64,000 bases of DNA. Origin: Pirellulales bacterium (GTDB lineage: Bacteria; Planctomycetota; Planctomycetia; Pirellulales; PALSA-1355). Location: assembly GCA_963733035.1 (NCBI GenBank), contig CAVTBU010000006.1, positions 416,001-480,000 of the forward strand. The letters run 5' to 3'. Made by a program: the position numbers and the translations under genes. This document shows positions 1-11,478 of this stretch, piece after piece; the stretch's first letter is position 1, and every line of letters begins with the position of its first letter. The notes beneath the pieces were generated by a model. It saw only the letters and a list, made by a program, of their open reading frames with translations, searched no databases and had not been told where the DNA came from.

Positions 1-104
1 CCGCTCGAAGATTCCCGGCAGCCTTCGGCCGAAGAAAGGGCATAGCATTCGGGCTGTTCCCAGTCTCACGTTGCCGAACAAGGATTTTCGGGAGTGGCCC
101 TGCG

Positions 105-539
105 TTACCTGTGTACGATCGGTGAACTTACCGCCTGGATAAAACGGCCGCCGCTATCGTACCAGCCATACCGCGTGAAACGGCACCAGGTGATATCGAT
201 CAGAAAAGCCACCCAACGGAGGTCCGAGGTTTCCAACGAGGCGATCATCCTCCGATGGCAAATCGGCTGTTGGTAGTAGAATCCGACTCCCCGTTCCGAC
301 AGCGTCTTGCCGACCACGGCAACGCTCTCGCCGCTGGGCGTAACGCCGTCCTCCCCGACCGGTGTCAAGTACAACAGGTGCGGGTAAGGAAATCGTTGGT
401 CCGTGCGACGCTCCACGACACGGCCCTGCGGGTAGATGCCGACCAGCACTCCCCACACCTGCTGACGGATGATTTCATCAGTCTGCGGGTTCGGTTCAAG
501 AACGGTCTGAACGTGTGGAAAGCAAACGCCTGCGCTCAT
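105..539 (-). CDS. Hypothetical protein, PilZ-like
   Basis: ERRTDQRFP (RxxxR) and TLSERGVG (D/NxSxxG-like) motifs; ATG at 539 chosen within ORF 105..680. Confidence 0.55.
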   Translation of the reverse strand: MSAGVCFPHVQTVLEPNPQTDEIIRQQVWGVLVGIYPQGRVVERRTDQRFPYPHLLYLTPVGEDGVTPSGESVAVVGKTLSERGVGFYYQQPICHRRMIASLETSDLRWVAFLIDITWCRFTRYGWYDSGGRFIQAVSSPIVHR

Positions 540-714
540 GAAGTGGATCCGCCTTGTGAAACGAACACCGGTCCGCGGCGTTTCGACCGACACCAGAAAC
601 GCGCTTGATGCGGAGATTTCTGCTATGGAAGAGCGCACCCGAAAGGCCGAAACGATTCCGAGTGGATGATTTGCTAGCACTAGGCCGGAACCGGCCGTAC
701 GTGACGCCCCGCGC

Positions 715-776
715 TACGTCGCCGCATGCACGGCGCTGGTAGCCATACGTCGCCGCATGCACGGCGCTGGTAGCCA
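715..776. repeat. Perfect tandem duplication, 2 x 31 bp
   Basis: TACGTCGCCGCATGCACGGCGCTGGTAGCCA at 715-745 and 746-776. Confidence 0.95.
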
Positions 777-863
777 ATAGTTACTTAGGTCAGAATTGTC
801 AGGCTGTCAAAATCATTGTTCGAGGACACCGTTTCTCCCGAGCGAAATGCAGCTTTAGTCGGC

Positions 864-1685
864 TCAGTTAGCCACCATCGAGGTTCTCGATTTGCTCGCC
901 GCCTGATCGATTGCCCAATAGATCAGGCGGCTGTGGGTTCCAGCGGAGGCCATATCGTCGGTAGCCAGTTGTTTTCGTACGGCTGCCAGATTCTCCCATG
1001 CGGGGCGGCAGGCTGGATCGAAGGAGATCGCCTGAAGATTGGACCATGCCGCTTCGGCCAGACGATTCTGGTAGATTCGGGTCACGCCGCGGTTGAAATG
1101 CAATACCGCCAATAGTTGACGATCTGACAGGGCTCGACCATCCTGAACCCGCTGGCGATGGGCGGCCATCGCGGCCGAAACCTGAGTGGTCGGCACGTCG
1201 CGGTACTTGGCCGCGATCTTGAACCAATTGCGGCAGGTCGTCTCGACGTCGATCGGCGTGCCCGACGGGTCTTCAACGCGGCACCAGACGTGTCCCCGCG
1301 TCGCCATCGCCGTGGCCGGCAGTCCGCAGCGGTCGCACAACATGCAAAGCACGATCGTGGCGGCCACACAATTGAACGGGCCTCCGAGAATTGCCTCGCC
1401 CACATTGCTGGCGCTGGCCAGGTAGTTGCCTCGAAGTACTCGTTGATGCAGGAACTCGTGCAATTCTCGCGCGCACGGGCTTTGGCTTCGCGAAAACGAG
1501 TGAAGCGATTTAAACTCCGCAGCCAACTGGTCAATTGCCGCCCGGCAATGGTTCACGCGGTCGGCCGGCACTCCGCTGGCTTCCAACAGGGCGTGTTCCG
1601 CCAACGAAGTGCCAAACGCGGCACATGGCCAAAACGCTGCTGCGAACAGGACGACTGCGAGATGGACAAGTGGCTTGGTCATCAC
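864..1685 (-). CDS. Exported transglutaminase-like (SirB1-type) protein with C-terminal TPR
   Basis: Signal peptide; FNCVAAT...GHVWCRV...DVETT Cys-His-Asp pattern; TPR-like LHFNRG...AWENL. Confidence 0.7.
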   Translation of the reverse strand: MMTKPLVHLAVVLFAAAFWPCAAFGTSLAEHALLEASGVPADRVNHCRAAIDQLAAEFKSLHSFSRSQSPCARELHEFLHQRVLRGNYLASASNVGEAILGGPFNCVAATIVLCMLCDRCGLPATAMATRGHVWCRVEDPSGTPIDVETTCRNWFKIAAKYRDVPTTQVSAAMAAHRQRVQDGRALSDRQLLAVLHFNRGVTRIYQNRLAEAAWSNLQAISFDPACRPAWENLAAVRKQLATDDMASAGTHSRLIYWAIDQAASKSRTSMVAN

Positions 1686-1775
1686 GATGTGTTGGCCAGG
1701 TGGGAGCGGCGAACCATAACCAAATCTAGGTTATGGCACTTCGCTCGCGTGGTCCGACAATAGCGGTCGTGACGA

Positions 1776-2542
1776 CTATTTGGGTGCCATCCGAAGTGCG
1801 CCGTCGAGCCGGATCGTGGTGCCGTTGAGCATCGGGTTCTCAACAATGTCGCGCGCAGCGCGGCGTATTCCGACGCCTTGCCCAGCCGCGCCGGAAAAGG
1901 TACGGCAGCCGACAGGGCCTGTTGCATTTCCGGCGTCATGCCGGCCATCATCGGCGTTTCGAACACGCCCGGTGCGATCGTCATCACGCGAATGCCGAAG
2001 CGGGCCAACTCGCGGGCGATGGGGAGCGTCATGGACACCACGCCCCCCTTCGACGCGGAATAGGCGGCTTGGCCGATTTGGCCGTCGAAGGCCGCGACCG
2101 ACGCAGTGTTGATGATCACGCCGCGCTCGAGCTCTTCGTTCGGTGCGTTGCCGCTCATGGCCGTGGCGGCCAGACGAATCACGTTGAACGTGCCGATCAG
2201 ATTCACCTGAATCGTGCGGCTGAAGGCTTTCAAATCGTGGGGACCTTCCTTGCCGACGACGCGTCCAGCCGAGGCGATGCCGGCGCAGTTGACGACTACC
2301 TGTACGCCGCCGAACTGTTGCTTTGCGGCTTCGAGGGCGTTCTGCACGCTTGCCTCGTCGGTCACGTCCGTGAGGATGAATTTGGCCCGGCTGCCCAAGT
2401 CGGCCGCCAGTTTCTGGCTGACATGTTCCTGCACGTCGGCGATCAGCACGTTGCCGCCATTCTCTGCAAACAACCGCGCACATGCCGCCCCCAACCCCGA
2501 TCCGCCGCCAGTGATAAAGAACGTGCTGCCTTCGACTTTCAT
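1776..2542 (-). CDS. SDR-family 3-hydroxyacyl-CoA dehydrogenase (HSD10-like), frameshift near 1860
   Basis: [21 protein letters not shown]; conserved C-terminus [23 protein letters not shown] lies in another frame ending at 1776. Confidence 0.9.
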
Positions 2543-2666
2543 AGTAGAACCGCCGTTTCCCACGAAGTGCGTGAAAGAATCTGCCACCGAGTAGCCGCGC
2601 CGCCGTGACGGTAGGTCATGTTCGCCGCGTGGAAAACAAGGTACGACTCGTCGTTCGAGGCGTCAA

Positions 2667-4061
2667 CTATTGGGCGGCAGCGCTTCCGGTGGGCGACGCG
2701 TTGGGCGCCTCGGTCTGAATCACGTCTACCGCCTGGCGTTCCTGCAGGTTCGTTTCCGGAGCCAGGATGACGAGCTCGTTTTCAGAAAGTCCGCTGGTGA
2801 TTTGCGCGGCCAAGTCGTTGCTCAGCCCGACTTTCACCGTCTGCAAGTGGGCTTTGCCGCTGCGAATGACGAAAACTTTCCAGTCGTTTTTCGAACCGCG
2901 GAAGAGCGCGGAGCGCGGGATGACCAACCCGTCGCTGGCTTCGGCGGTGAAAATGCGTACGCGTACGCGGTAGTGCACGCCGATGTCGTTTTGCTTGCGT
3001 AGCCTCTCGAGGTCGCGGTCGGTAAACTTCATGATCACTTTCACGCGCTGCTGCTCGACGCCCAGCGAGCTGGTCTTGGTAAAGCCGGCGGGAAAGATTC
3101 GTGTCACCTCGGCCTTGGCCGGAGTCTTGCCGATCGTCGGACCGAAGACATCGACGTGCTGGCCCGGCTTGACGCGAACCACGTCCTGGCTGAGCACGTC
3201 GGCTTCGATTTCCAGATCGTCCCAGCGGCCAATGCGCAGCAGAACCGTGCCGGCAGTGACGGGACGTTCATTGCTAATCTCGCGTTCCAACACCACGCCG
3301 TCAACAGGACTGGCCATTGTGCCGAGTTTGGCATTCTTTTCGACTTCGCGCATATGCACTTCGGCCTCGGCCAGTTGCTGAGCAAGCACGTTATGCGCAA
3401 GTGCCTTGCGCTGGATGTATTGCCGGACCATCGTGGGCAGCAGCGCCATCGCCGCGCGGATCGCTTCGGCCGATCGCAAGACCAGGTTGTCTTGCTGATA
3501 CTCCACGCCGGCTTCGACCTGCGCTACCTCGGCCATGTCGACTTCTTCTTCCGTTTGTGCGCCGGTTTGACGCAGCCGCTGCGCACGGCCCAGCCGCTTT
3601 TCGGCGTATTCGAGCTTGGCTTGGCCGCTCTTTACTCTGGCGGCCGCCGCTTCGACCGTACGATCCATGGCGTCCACCATGCTAATCGACTGCTGCAGTG
3701 CCGTATTTTCGACCGAGGTATCGTCATTTTCCTTGATCGAGGCTTTTAGCCGATCGACGACGGCCTTGGCTTCGGCCAACTGTAATTCGATGTCAACCGG
3801 CGCAATGCGGGCCACGACCTGTCCCTTCTTCACCGGAGTGCCTTCGATCAGGCTGATCGCATCGACGCGGCCGTCGTAGGGCATCGTGATCAGGTAGGTC
3901 TCGGAGAGCCGGGTTTTGCCTTCCTCGTCAATGTATTCGCGAATCGCGCCGCGCGCCGCTGGAGCCGCTTCGACCGGCACGCCGGAAGTGAACGACGTGA
4001 AACCAAGCGCGGCAGCCGCCGCGATTGCCACGCCGATGGCCAGCAAAATCCAGGTTCGCAT
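2667..4061 (-). CDS. Efflux transporter periplasmic adaptor (HlyD/MFP family)
   Basis: N-terminal TM, lipoyl-like halves (PYDGRV...VKKGQ; SPVDGVV), coiled coil, SSLGVEQQRV. Confidence 0.9.
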   Translation of the reverse strand: MRTWILLAIGVAIAAAAALGFTSFTSGVPVEAAPAARGAIREYIDEEGKTRLSETYLITMPYDGRVDAISLIEGTPVKKGQVVARIAPVDIELQLAEAKAVVDRLKASIKENDDTSVENTALQQSISMVDAMDRTVEAAAARVKSGQAKLEYAEKRLGRAQRLRQTGAQTEEEVDMAEVAQVEAGVEYQQDNLVLRSAEAIRAAMALLPTMVRQYIQRKALAHNVLAQQLAEAEVHMREVEKNAKLGTMASPVDGVVLEREISNERPVTAGTVLLRIGRWDDLEIEADVLSQDVVRVKPGQHVDVFGPTIGKTPAKAEVTRIFPAGFTKTSSLGVEQQRVKVIMKFTDRDLERLRKQNDIGVHYRVRVRIFTAEASDGLVIPRSALFRGSKNDWKVFVIRSGKAHLQTVKVGLSNDLAAQITSGLSENELVILAPETNLQERQAVDVIQTEAPNASPTGSAAAQ

Positions 4062-4152
4062 AACAAACTCCCTACTACAGCTCCTTGAATCCTAGCCCGC
4101 GGCGGCGGTCCGGGGAATCCGTCCGCTGGCGTCAAACTAGCGTCTAGTGCAC

Positions 4153-6530
4153 TTACTCCATCGTTTTCGAGGCGTCCAGCCAATCCAAATGATTGATCGT
4201 GCGCTGCACGAAGGCATGCGCCACCAGCGCAAACACGACGGCCATAGTCACCGTGCCGTACCAGACCCAGGGGGGCGAGGTGACCGGAAAACGAAACATT
4301 TCGGTGTCGTACACGCGCGACAGAATCCAGGCGAGCGAGTACCCCAGCGGCAAGCCCAGCAAGGTGCCCAGCGAGTTGATCACCATACTTTCGCGCAGAA
4401 ACAGGTAGCCGACCTGCCATTCGTTGTAGCCCAGCACGCGCAGAGTCGCGACTTCGCGGCGGCGTTCGGCCAGGCCGACCAGCGACGAGTTGAGCAGACT
4501 GCTGAAGAAGATCACGCCGGCGAACAGCACCACAAAGCCGATAAAGATCCGCTGCGTTTCGACGATGAATTCCATATTGCGAATCACGTCCGCTCGAATA
4601 TTTACCGCCTGGATCGCCGGCAGCCGCTTCAATTCGCGATACAGCGAGTCGCGAGCCCCGCTGCTCGGGTCGACTGCCAACTGTACGCCCGAGACGGCAA
4701 ACTCCTCGCCCATCAGTCGACTGAGGTAGTCGATGTCTGCGTAGACCGCGAGTCCGATGTAGCTGTCGGAAAGTTCCGTCACGGGCACCTGCAATTCCTC
4801 ACGGCGCCCACGGGTTGGCAAGATGGTGACCAGATCGCCGCGTTTGAGTTCCAACAGTCTGGCCAATTTGCTGCTCATTGCGAGCCCCAAGCTCGGGATG
4901 CGAATCGGTTGGCCGTCGACATCTCGAGGAATTGTCAGGCGGCTGTGCGGCAACATGCCGGAGATCGCGCCCGGCGACGGTTTGGCCCGTTGATGAACGT
5001 GCAGCTGACGTTGAATTGGGGTTCCGCAAACTCGACGCCTGGCAGCTCCGCGGCTTCGAGCAGAGCGGACCGCCCCAGTTCGTCTTTAAACTGCAGGTCG
5101 ATGTCGCTCCGCGTTACCAGTTCGAATTGGAAATTGATCAGGTAGGCGACCGCGCTAGTCAGCACGAAGCCGCACATCAACAGACCCGCTCCCATGGCCG
5201 TGGAAAAAATGCCGACCGCGGTCCGCAGGCGATGGCGAAACACGTTTCGCAGCACCAGTCGCCAACCGAAACTTAGATGGCTCCACAACCGCGGGAACGC
5301 CTCCAGCCAGATCGCCCCGCCGCGCACTGGCGGCTTGGGACGCATCGCCTCGGCCGGGTTTAAACGCAGCGCAGCGCGGGCCGCCTGCAGCGAGCCGATC
5401 AAGGCGCATGCCAGGGCCACGCCTATGCCCCCGACATAAGTGCCCAGATAGACTCGATTTTCTAAGTCCGGAAACTCATAGAACATCTTGTAGATGTTGG
5501 TCACCAGAATCGACATCCCGTAGCCCAGTCCCAGCCCAATGGCGCCAGCGAACAACCCGACCGCCAGTGCGAATCGCGTGTAGTGGGTGAAGATCTGAAA
5601 GTCAAAATAGCCGAGCGCCTTGAGCGTGCCGATGATGGTCCGCTGTTGATCGATGAGTCGCACCATCAGGACGTTGAGCACCAGTGCCGCCACGGCGAGA
5701 AAGATGGCCGGCATGATCTGCGAGAATACGCCCAATCCGCGGATCTCATCGCTAAGAAACTGATTCGAGGTCTGCGTTTTCAGGCCGTAGCTGGTGGCCA
5801 CACCGTACGGTTCGAGCAGCGCTTCCATCCGCCTCAGGATCTCGGTCGGCTGATTCTTGTGTGCCGGATCGAGTTGTCCGACGATCTGGTTCGTGGCGCC
5901 GTCGAAGTCAAACACGTCTTCGGCGTAAGACCGCTTGATATAGAATACGCCGAAGTGCTCGGGGTCGGGGGCAATCGAGCCGGGTGACACCAAATAGACG
6001 AACTCGCTGCTAATGGCTGTCCCCACCACATGCAGTTCCTGCCGACGATTGTTGAGCAGCAAATGAATCTTCTGCCCCGGATGAATGTTGTGCCTCCGCG
6101 CGAAGGCCGAATTGACAATCACCTCTTCCAGATTGCGGTCGGTGAAATAACCGCCGCTTTGCATGACGATGTCGTTGATGATCGGCTGCCGCTCGTCGGG
6201 AAGCGACATCACTAGACCATTGAGCGGCACGGGCACTCGCTCCAGATCGACCGTGGCGAAGAATTGAATTCGCGGGCGAATGGCCGTCACGCCCGGCACA
6301 TCGAGCAGCCGATCGGCCTCCGACAGCGGGGCCTTCTTGACCTCGATCCAGAAGTCGGCCATCCGGCACTGGTTGTAGTAGCGAAACTTGGCCAGGCTAA
6401 GGTTGTAGTAGGCCGAGCGCATGTAGACGAAACACATCACCCCAACGGCAATGATGCTCGCAATCGCCAGCAGCGTCAGCCCGGACGTGCGAACCTCGCG
6501 CAAAAGTTTGCGGTCGAGCACGCCTACCAC
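4153..6530 (-). CDS. ABC exporter permease (FtsX/MacB-like, two repeats), frameshift near 4960
   Basis: LDRKLLRE start, QRTIIGTLKALG and ERRREVATLRVLG motifs split over ORFs 4935..6530 and 4153..4956. Confidence 0.9.
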
Positions 6531-7252
6531 GTGATCTCCTCCGGCGGCTGGGGATGCGGGTTTTCATGCATCTCGTGTATCTCGCCCGAGCGCAACTTGA
6601 TCACGCGGTCGGCCGTCGGCGCAATAGCTGCATTGTGCGTAATGATCAGGATCGTCTTGCCCAACGTATCCTTCAGATCCACGAGCAGCCGCAATACGTG
6701 CTTGCCGGTCTCGTAATCGAGCGCGCCGGTCGGCTCGTCACACAATAGAACATCGGGATTCTTGGCCAGCGCCCGGGCAATGGCCACACGCTGCTGTTCG
6801 CCTCCGGAAAGTTGCGACGGAAAATGGTCTACGCGATGCTCGAGTCCGACGAGTTCGAGCGTCTTGTCGACGTCCATCGGCTTCTTGCTGATCTCGGTGG
6901 CCACCAGCACGTTTTCGAGTGCTGTGAGGTTCGGCACGAGGTTATAGAACTGAAAGACGAAACCGACACTCTCGCGTCGGTAGCGGGTCAGGTCGCGCGG
7001 CGAGGCCTTGGTCAGGTCTTGATTTCTGTACCACAGCTTGCCGACCGTGGGAGAATCCAGACCGCCCATGATGTTCAGCAGCGTGGTCTTGCCGGAGCCG
7101 CTCGGGCCGACCATCACCAGTAGTTCGCCGCGGCGGACGTTGAAACTGATGTCGCGCAGCACCTCGACCGAGACTTCGCCCATCTGAAACGTCTTGCCGA
7201 CGCCTTCCAGCCGCATCAGCGGCCCTGTCTCCGGATCCGGGGTGTCAATCAT
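6524..7252 (-). CDS. ABC transporter ATP-binding protein (LolD/MacB-like)
   Basis: [31 protein letters not shown]. Confidence 0.95.
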   Translation of the reverse strand: MIDTPDPETGPLMRLEGVGKTFQMGEVSVEVLRDISFNVRRGELLVMVGPSGSGKTTLLNIMGGLDSPTVGKLWYRNQDLTKASPRDLTRYRRESVGFVFQFYNLVPNLTALENVLVATEISKKPMDVDKTLELVGLEHRVDHFPSQLSGGEQQRVAIARALAKNPDVLLCDEPTGALDYETGKHVLRLLVDLKDTLGKTILIITHNAAIAPTADRVIKLRSGEIHEMHENPHPQPPEEITW

Positions 7253-7546
7253 GGGGCGAGTGTGTGGCTCGTCTTGAGCGGGTCGAGGGGATTAGGCGAC
7301 GTTGCGACTACTCGTCAATGGTACCTCAAGGGAAGCGCGATGACTGGGGGGTGGTTCGCAAAGGCCGGCCGCATTTGCCGCAAAAAGCTTGCACCCTTGG
7401 AGACTCAGTGTCGGTAATCTGTCTGCTTTTCACCGGTACTTCGCATGCTCAAGCAAAGACCAGGGCCTACCGTCCGAGCGATTCCCCGCCAATTTCTCTC
7501 GACGGCCGTCAGCTTTTCCGCCCTGATGCGTCTACACTACCAGGTC

Positions 7547-8134
7547 ATGCCAACGACGGCCGCACCATGCTTGCACGTGAAACATCACTCCGCGGAAGCC
7601 GACGAGCGGCAACTGGCGGCCCGCGTGATGCGGGGCGATCCGGCGGTGCTGGATGCGGTGGTCGAGAAGTACGCCCAACGAGTCATCGGCCTGGCGGCCC
7701 GGCTGCTGGGCTGGGCCGACGGCGCCGAGGACGTGGCCCAGGAGGTGTTTCTGCAGGTCCTGCGCAAAGGGAAACAATTTCGAGGTCAGTCGAGTCTCTG
7801 GACCTGGCTTGCCGCGCTGACGGTCAACCGCTGCCGCAGTGTGCAGCGGCGGAGATGGATTCGCGAGCGCGCTTTGCGAATGGTCGCGATGCAGAGCCGC
7901 GAGGAACAGACAACACATGAACAGGACCTCCAGCGCGATGATGCTGCCGCACACATCCGCGAGGTTGTCGCCACATTGCCCATGGCCGCTCGTGAGGTCA
8001 TTGTACTGCGGTACTTCGAGGAACTGACGATCGAACAGATGGCCCAAGTTCTCGGACTGAAACGAAACGCCATCGAAGCTAGACTTTCGCGTGCCCGAAA
8101 GCAATTGGAGCCACGACTGGCACAGTGGAAATAG
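7547..8134 (+). CDS. ECF RNA polymerase sigma factor
   Basis: AEDVAQEVF, FRGQSSLWTWL, region 4 LPMAAREVIVLRYFEELT...RLSRAR; start uncertain. Confidence 0.9.
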   Translation: MPTTAAPCLHVKHHSAEADERQLAARVMRGDPAVLDAVVEKYAQRVIGLAARLLGWADGAEDVAQEVFLQVLRKGKQFRGQSSLWTWLAALTVNRCRSVQRRRWIRERALRMVAMQSREEQTTHEQDLQRDDAAAHIREVVATLPMAAREVIVLRYFEELTIEQMAQVLGLKRNAIEARLSRARKQLEPRLAQWK

Positions 8135-8209
8135 TGACCACCGGTTCAGGAAAACGAAAAACGAACGGTGGTGTAGACAGAGGGACGTAGAGGATCGAAA
8201 GCGTTGGGA

Positions 8210-8758
8210 ATGCAAGACGACGAACTGCGCACGATTTTGCAAAGTGCCGAGCGCGATCTGGCTGCTGGCACATTGGACGCGACGAAACTGGCCGCCAGCG
8301 TGCGGTCGTTGCGACGCGCCAGGCATCGCCGCCGGATGATGTGGGCTGCAAGCGTATCGGTTGTCGCAACGATGGCGGGGACCGGTTGGTACATGTCGAG
8401 GGACCTGAATAGTCCGAATGGGAAGCAGGCGCAACAAGTAGCCATTGTCACCGACGAAGAAATCCAACGATTGGAAGCCGAAGCCGCGGCGCACGAGCGA
8501 AACGCCCGCGCGCTGATGGTTGCCCAGCCGGTCAGTTCGCCGCTGGACGACGATCCGCTGGCCGACATCCGCGAGCAGATTGACATCGTGGCCTATCGCA
8601 TGGTCCAGCGGGCAGACGAGCTGCAAGGAGACATGACCTTGACCGAAAAAGCGATCGAAGCCTATCGCAGCGTCCTGCGGCTATTTCCTGGCACCTATTC
8701 CGCCGAAGTGGCCCAGCAGCGGCTTGATGAAATCAAATTTCAGCAGGAGTCTTCCTAA
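8210..8758 (+). CDS. Single-TM protein, probable anti-sigma factor
   Basis: Follows ECF sigma; short cytoplasmic N-terminus, basic stretch, TM, TPR-like C-terminus. Confidence 0.55.
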   Translation: MQDDELRTILQSAERDLAAGTLDATKLAASVRSLRRARHRRRMMWAASVSVVATMAGTGWYMSRDLNSPNGKQAQQVAIVTDEEIQRLEAEAAAHERNARALMVAQPVSSPLDDDPLADIREQIDIVAYRMVQRADELQGDMTLTEKAIEAYRSVLRLFPGTYSAEVAQQRLDEIKFQQESS

Positions 8759-9897
8759 TGCGAAGTTGCATTGTGGTTCTAATAATCGTCGGACTCTGGG
8801 GAGCGAGATCGGCCCATTCACAAGTGTCGCAGCCGTTTGACTCGCCGACGTCAGCACAACCGTCAAGCGAGGCGGTGGGACGTCTGAGATCGAGCATCGG
8901 TAATATCGACAGCGACCTTAGCGACTTTTTGCATTCCGAGGCATTTCGACGTGAGACGATACGCGAGGCTGCGGGAATCGACCCAAAAGCATCTGATGAG
9001 AATCTTCCGAGAATCGAAATCCAGCGGATGGACGGTCCGGGTGTTGCGGGTCTCAAGTTTCAAGTGAAATCGTACGACCCCAAAGTTCCTGCGGAAAAAG
9101 TGTTGGAGAGCTTAAAGGACGTCGTTACGGACATGCTGCGGAAGTTGGACGATTTTCACCTGCGAAAGATGGTGCAGCGTGATGTGCAAGGTGCACAATT
9201 GGAATCGCTCGCAGCAAACCTCCAAAAGGAACGCGATTCTTTACTGGCGCTGGCGAAAATTCACCACGTCGAACTCAACCCAGCCGTGGCCACGGAAAAA
9301 CGGATTCGCCTGGAAGCGGAACTCGAACGTCTAGATATCGAGTTCCAAGGCTTGGAGGCGAGGCGAACCGTGCTCGAGCAACAAATTGCTGAACTTGGCA
9401 AGCAGGTTGAGTCGGGTCTTAGCGCCGATCCGGTCGTCCTCAGGGAGCTAGCAAAATCGGTTGAGGCGCGCAAGCGAATTCTTGAGGCCAAGCAGGCGCA
9501 GTTCAATTCCAACAACATCACGGTTGATGTGGTGGAAACAGCCCGGGACCAACTGGCCCAGGCAGAAGCCGAACTGGCTCGTTACCGCCGGGCGGCGGCG
9601 GATGCCGCCGGCGGACAGCGCGTGATGGAATTGCGGCGGCGGCTGGAGGACACGGCCATCGAATTGGCCGAGATCCGTGCGAAGCAAAAGATCGTCAAGG
9701 AACTCGCGGCCGCTGCCGGCAATCAGTCACCGCAAATCGAAATCAAGCAAATGCAACTCGAGCTGATGGAGCAGCTGTACCGCCAAGCCAGCGAACAGTT
9801 CAACAAACTGAACCTGGAAGTGCAGCAGTACGTTCCGCCCACGGTGACACTCATCCCGCTGAGCCACGCGGCGCCAACCCCCGCCAACGATCCCTAG
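8758..9897 (+). CDS. Exported coiled-coil hypothetical protein
   Basis: Signal peptide, long heptad E/L/A/Q-rich region; start overlaps upstream stop. Confidence 0.7.
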   Translation: MRSCIVVLIIVGLWGARSAHSQVSQPFDSPTSAQPSSEAVGRLRSSIGNIDSDLSDFLHSEAFRRETIREAAGIDPKASDENLPRIEIQRMDGPGVAGLKFQVKSYDPKVPAEKVLESLKDVVTDMLRKLDDFHLRKMVQRDVQGAQLESLAANLQKERDSLLALAKIHHVELNPAVATEKRIRLEAELERLDIEFQGLEARRTVLEQQIAELGKQVESGLSADPVVLRELAKSVEARKRILEAKQAQFNSNNITVDVVETARDQLAQAEAELARYRRAAADAAGGQRVMELRRRLEDTAIELAEIRAKQKIVKELAAAAGNQSPQIEIKQMQLELMEQLYRQASEQFNKLNLEVQQYVPPTVTLIPLSHAAPTPANDP

Positions 9898-10055
9898 ACG
9901 ACGTCGGCAGCCCCAACACCGACGCCCTCCGTATATCGTCATTCGCAGTGAATCACCGCAGTTGATCCCATCAGCCGGATTTGATAGGATCAACGTTGAG
10001 ACCCACCTACCAGAAACACGCTCGCCGCTATCCCCGCCCACCTGGAGGACGAGCC

Positions 10056-11399
10056 ATGCTGACGATTCCCGGACGCCCGCTGCACGGCTTTTGCGATGGA
10101 CTTTCGCGCCGCTCGTTTTTGAAGATCGGCGGGCTCGCCCTTGGCGGGCTGACGCTGCCGCAAATTATGCAGGCGCAAGCCGCCTCGGGCAGTCGGCATT
10201 CGCACAAGGGGATCATCATGATCTTCTTGCCGGGCGGGCCACCGCACCAGGACTTTTTTGATCTGAAGATGGACGCCCCGTCCGAAGTCCGCGGCGAGTT
10301 CCGGCCCATTCGCACCAACGTCTCGGGCATCGAGATCTGCGAGCACTTCCCTGGCCTGGCCCAACGGATGGACAAGCTCGTGCCGATCCGTTCGATCGTG
10401 GGTGCCAGTGGCGCGCACGACGCCTTCGAGTGCCAGACCGGGCGCCGTCGACGCGGGCCGCAACCGGCCGGCGGTTGGCCATCGCTCGGCTCGGTGCTCT
10501 CGAAACTCGAAGGCGCCGCACACCCGGCGATGCCGCCGTTCGTCGGCCTTGCGCCCAAGATGGGACACATGGAATGGGCCGACCCGGGGCAGCCGGGCTA
10601 CCTGGGCGTGGCTCATGCGCCGTTCAAGCCGTCGGGTGAAGGCAAGGAAGACATGGTGCTTAACGGCGTCACGCTCGACCGACTATCGGACCGCAAGGCG
10701 CTGCTGACCAGCTTCGACAACTTTCGCCGCGAGGCCGACGCCAGCGGCATGATGCACGGGCTAGACAACTTCAATCAGCAGGCCTTCGGGGTGCTCACTT
10801 CCAGCCGCCTGATGGACGCGCTCGACATTGAAAAGGAAGATCCCAAGATTCGCGAGCGCTACGGCAAGGGCGATCCCCGCAATCGCAACGACGGCGGTCC
10901 GAAACTGATGGAGCACTTTCTTATCGCGCGTCGGCTGATCGAAGCCGGCACGCGCTGCGTGACGCTGGCCTTTAGCCGCTGGGATCACCATGGTGATAAC
11001 TTCGGCGCCTGCCGCCAGGATATGCCGATGCTCGATCAAGGTCTTTCAGCGCTGATCGACGACATACACCAGCGCGGTCTGGATAAGGACGTTTCGGTCG
11101 TCGTGTGGGGCGAATTCGGCCGCACGCCCAAGATCAATGCCCAGGCCGGACGCGACCATTGGCCCGCTGTTTCGTGCGGGTTGCTCTTTGGCGGCGGCAT
11201 GCGCACGGGCCAGGTGATTGGTTCGACTGACCGATTGGGTGGCGAAGCCAAGGACCGCCCAGTGCATTTCCAGGAAGTGTTCGCCACGCTCTATCACCGC
11301 CTGGGGATCGACGTCAACCAGGTGACGCTCCGCGATCTCAGCGGTCGCCCCCAATATCTGGTCGACCACGCATACCAACCGATGTCGGAACTGATCTAG
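10056..11399 (+). CDS. DUF1501 family protein
   Basis: [17 protein letters not shown] Tat-like motif, [25 protein letters not shown]. Confidence 0.92.
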   Translation: MLTIPGRPLHGFCDGLSRRSFLKIGGLALGGLTLPQIMQAQAASGSRHSHKGIIMIFLPGGPPHQDFFDLKMDAPSEVRGEFRPIRTNVSGIEICEHFPGLAQRMDKLVPIRSIVGASGAHDAFECQTGRRRRGPQPAGGWPSLGSVLSKLEGAAHPAMPPFVGLAPKMGHMEWADPGQPGYLGVAHAPFKPSGEGKEDMVLNGVTLDRLSDRKALLTSFDNFRREADASGMMHGLDNFNQQAFGVLTSSRLMDALDIEKEDPKIRERYGKGDPRNRNDGGPKLMEHFLIARRLIEAGTRCVTLAFSRWDHHGDNFGACRQDMPMLDQGLSALIDDIHQRGLDKDVSVVVWGEFGRTPKINAQAGRDHWPAVSCGLLFGGGMRTGQVIGSTDRLGGEAKDRPVHFQEVFATLYHRLGIDVNQVTLRDLSGRPQYLVDHAYQPMSELI

Positions 11400-11478
11400 T
11401 TCGGTTGAGTTTTCCATACGACATGAATCACCGCGGAGTGATGCTGCGCGGGTCCAACTCCGCCGATTCCGGTCTCAA

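Noticed and set aside
715..776. CRISPR array
   Set aside because: Two adjacent copies with no spacer and no cas genes in the window.
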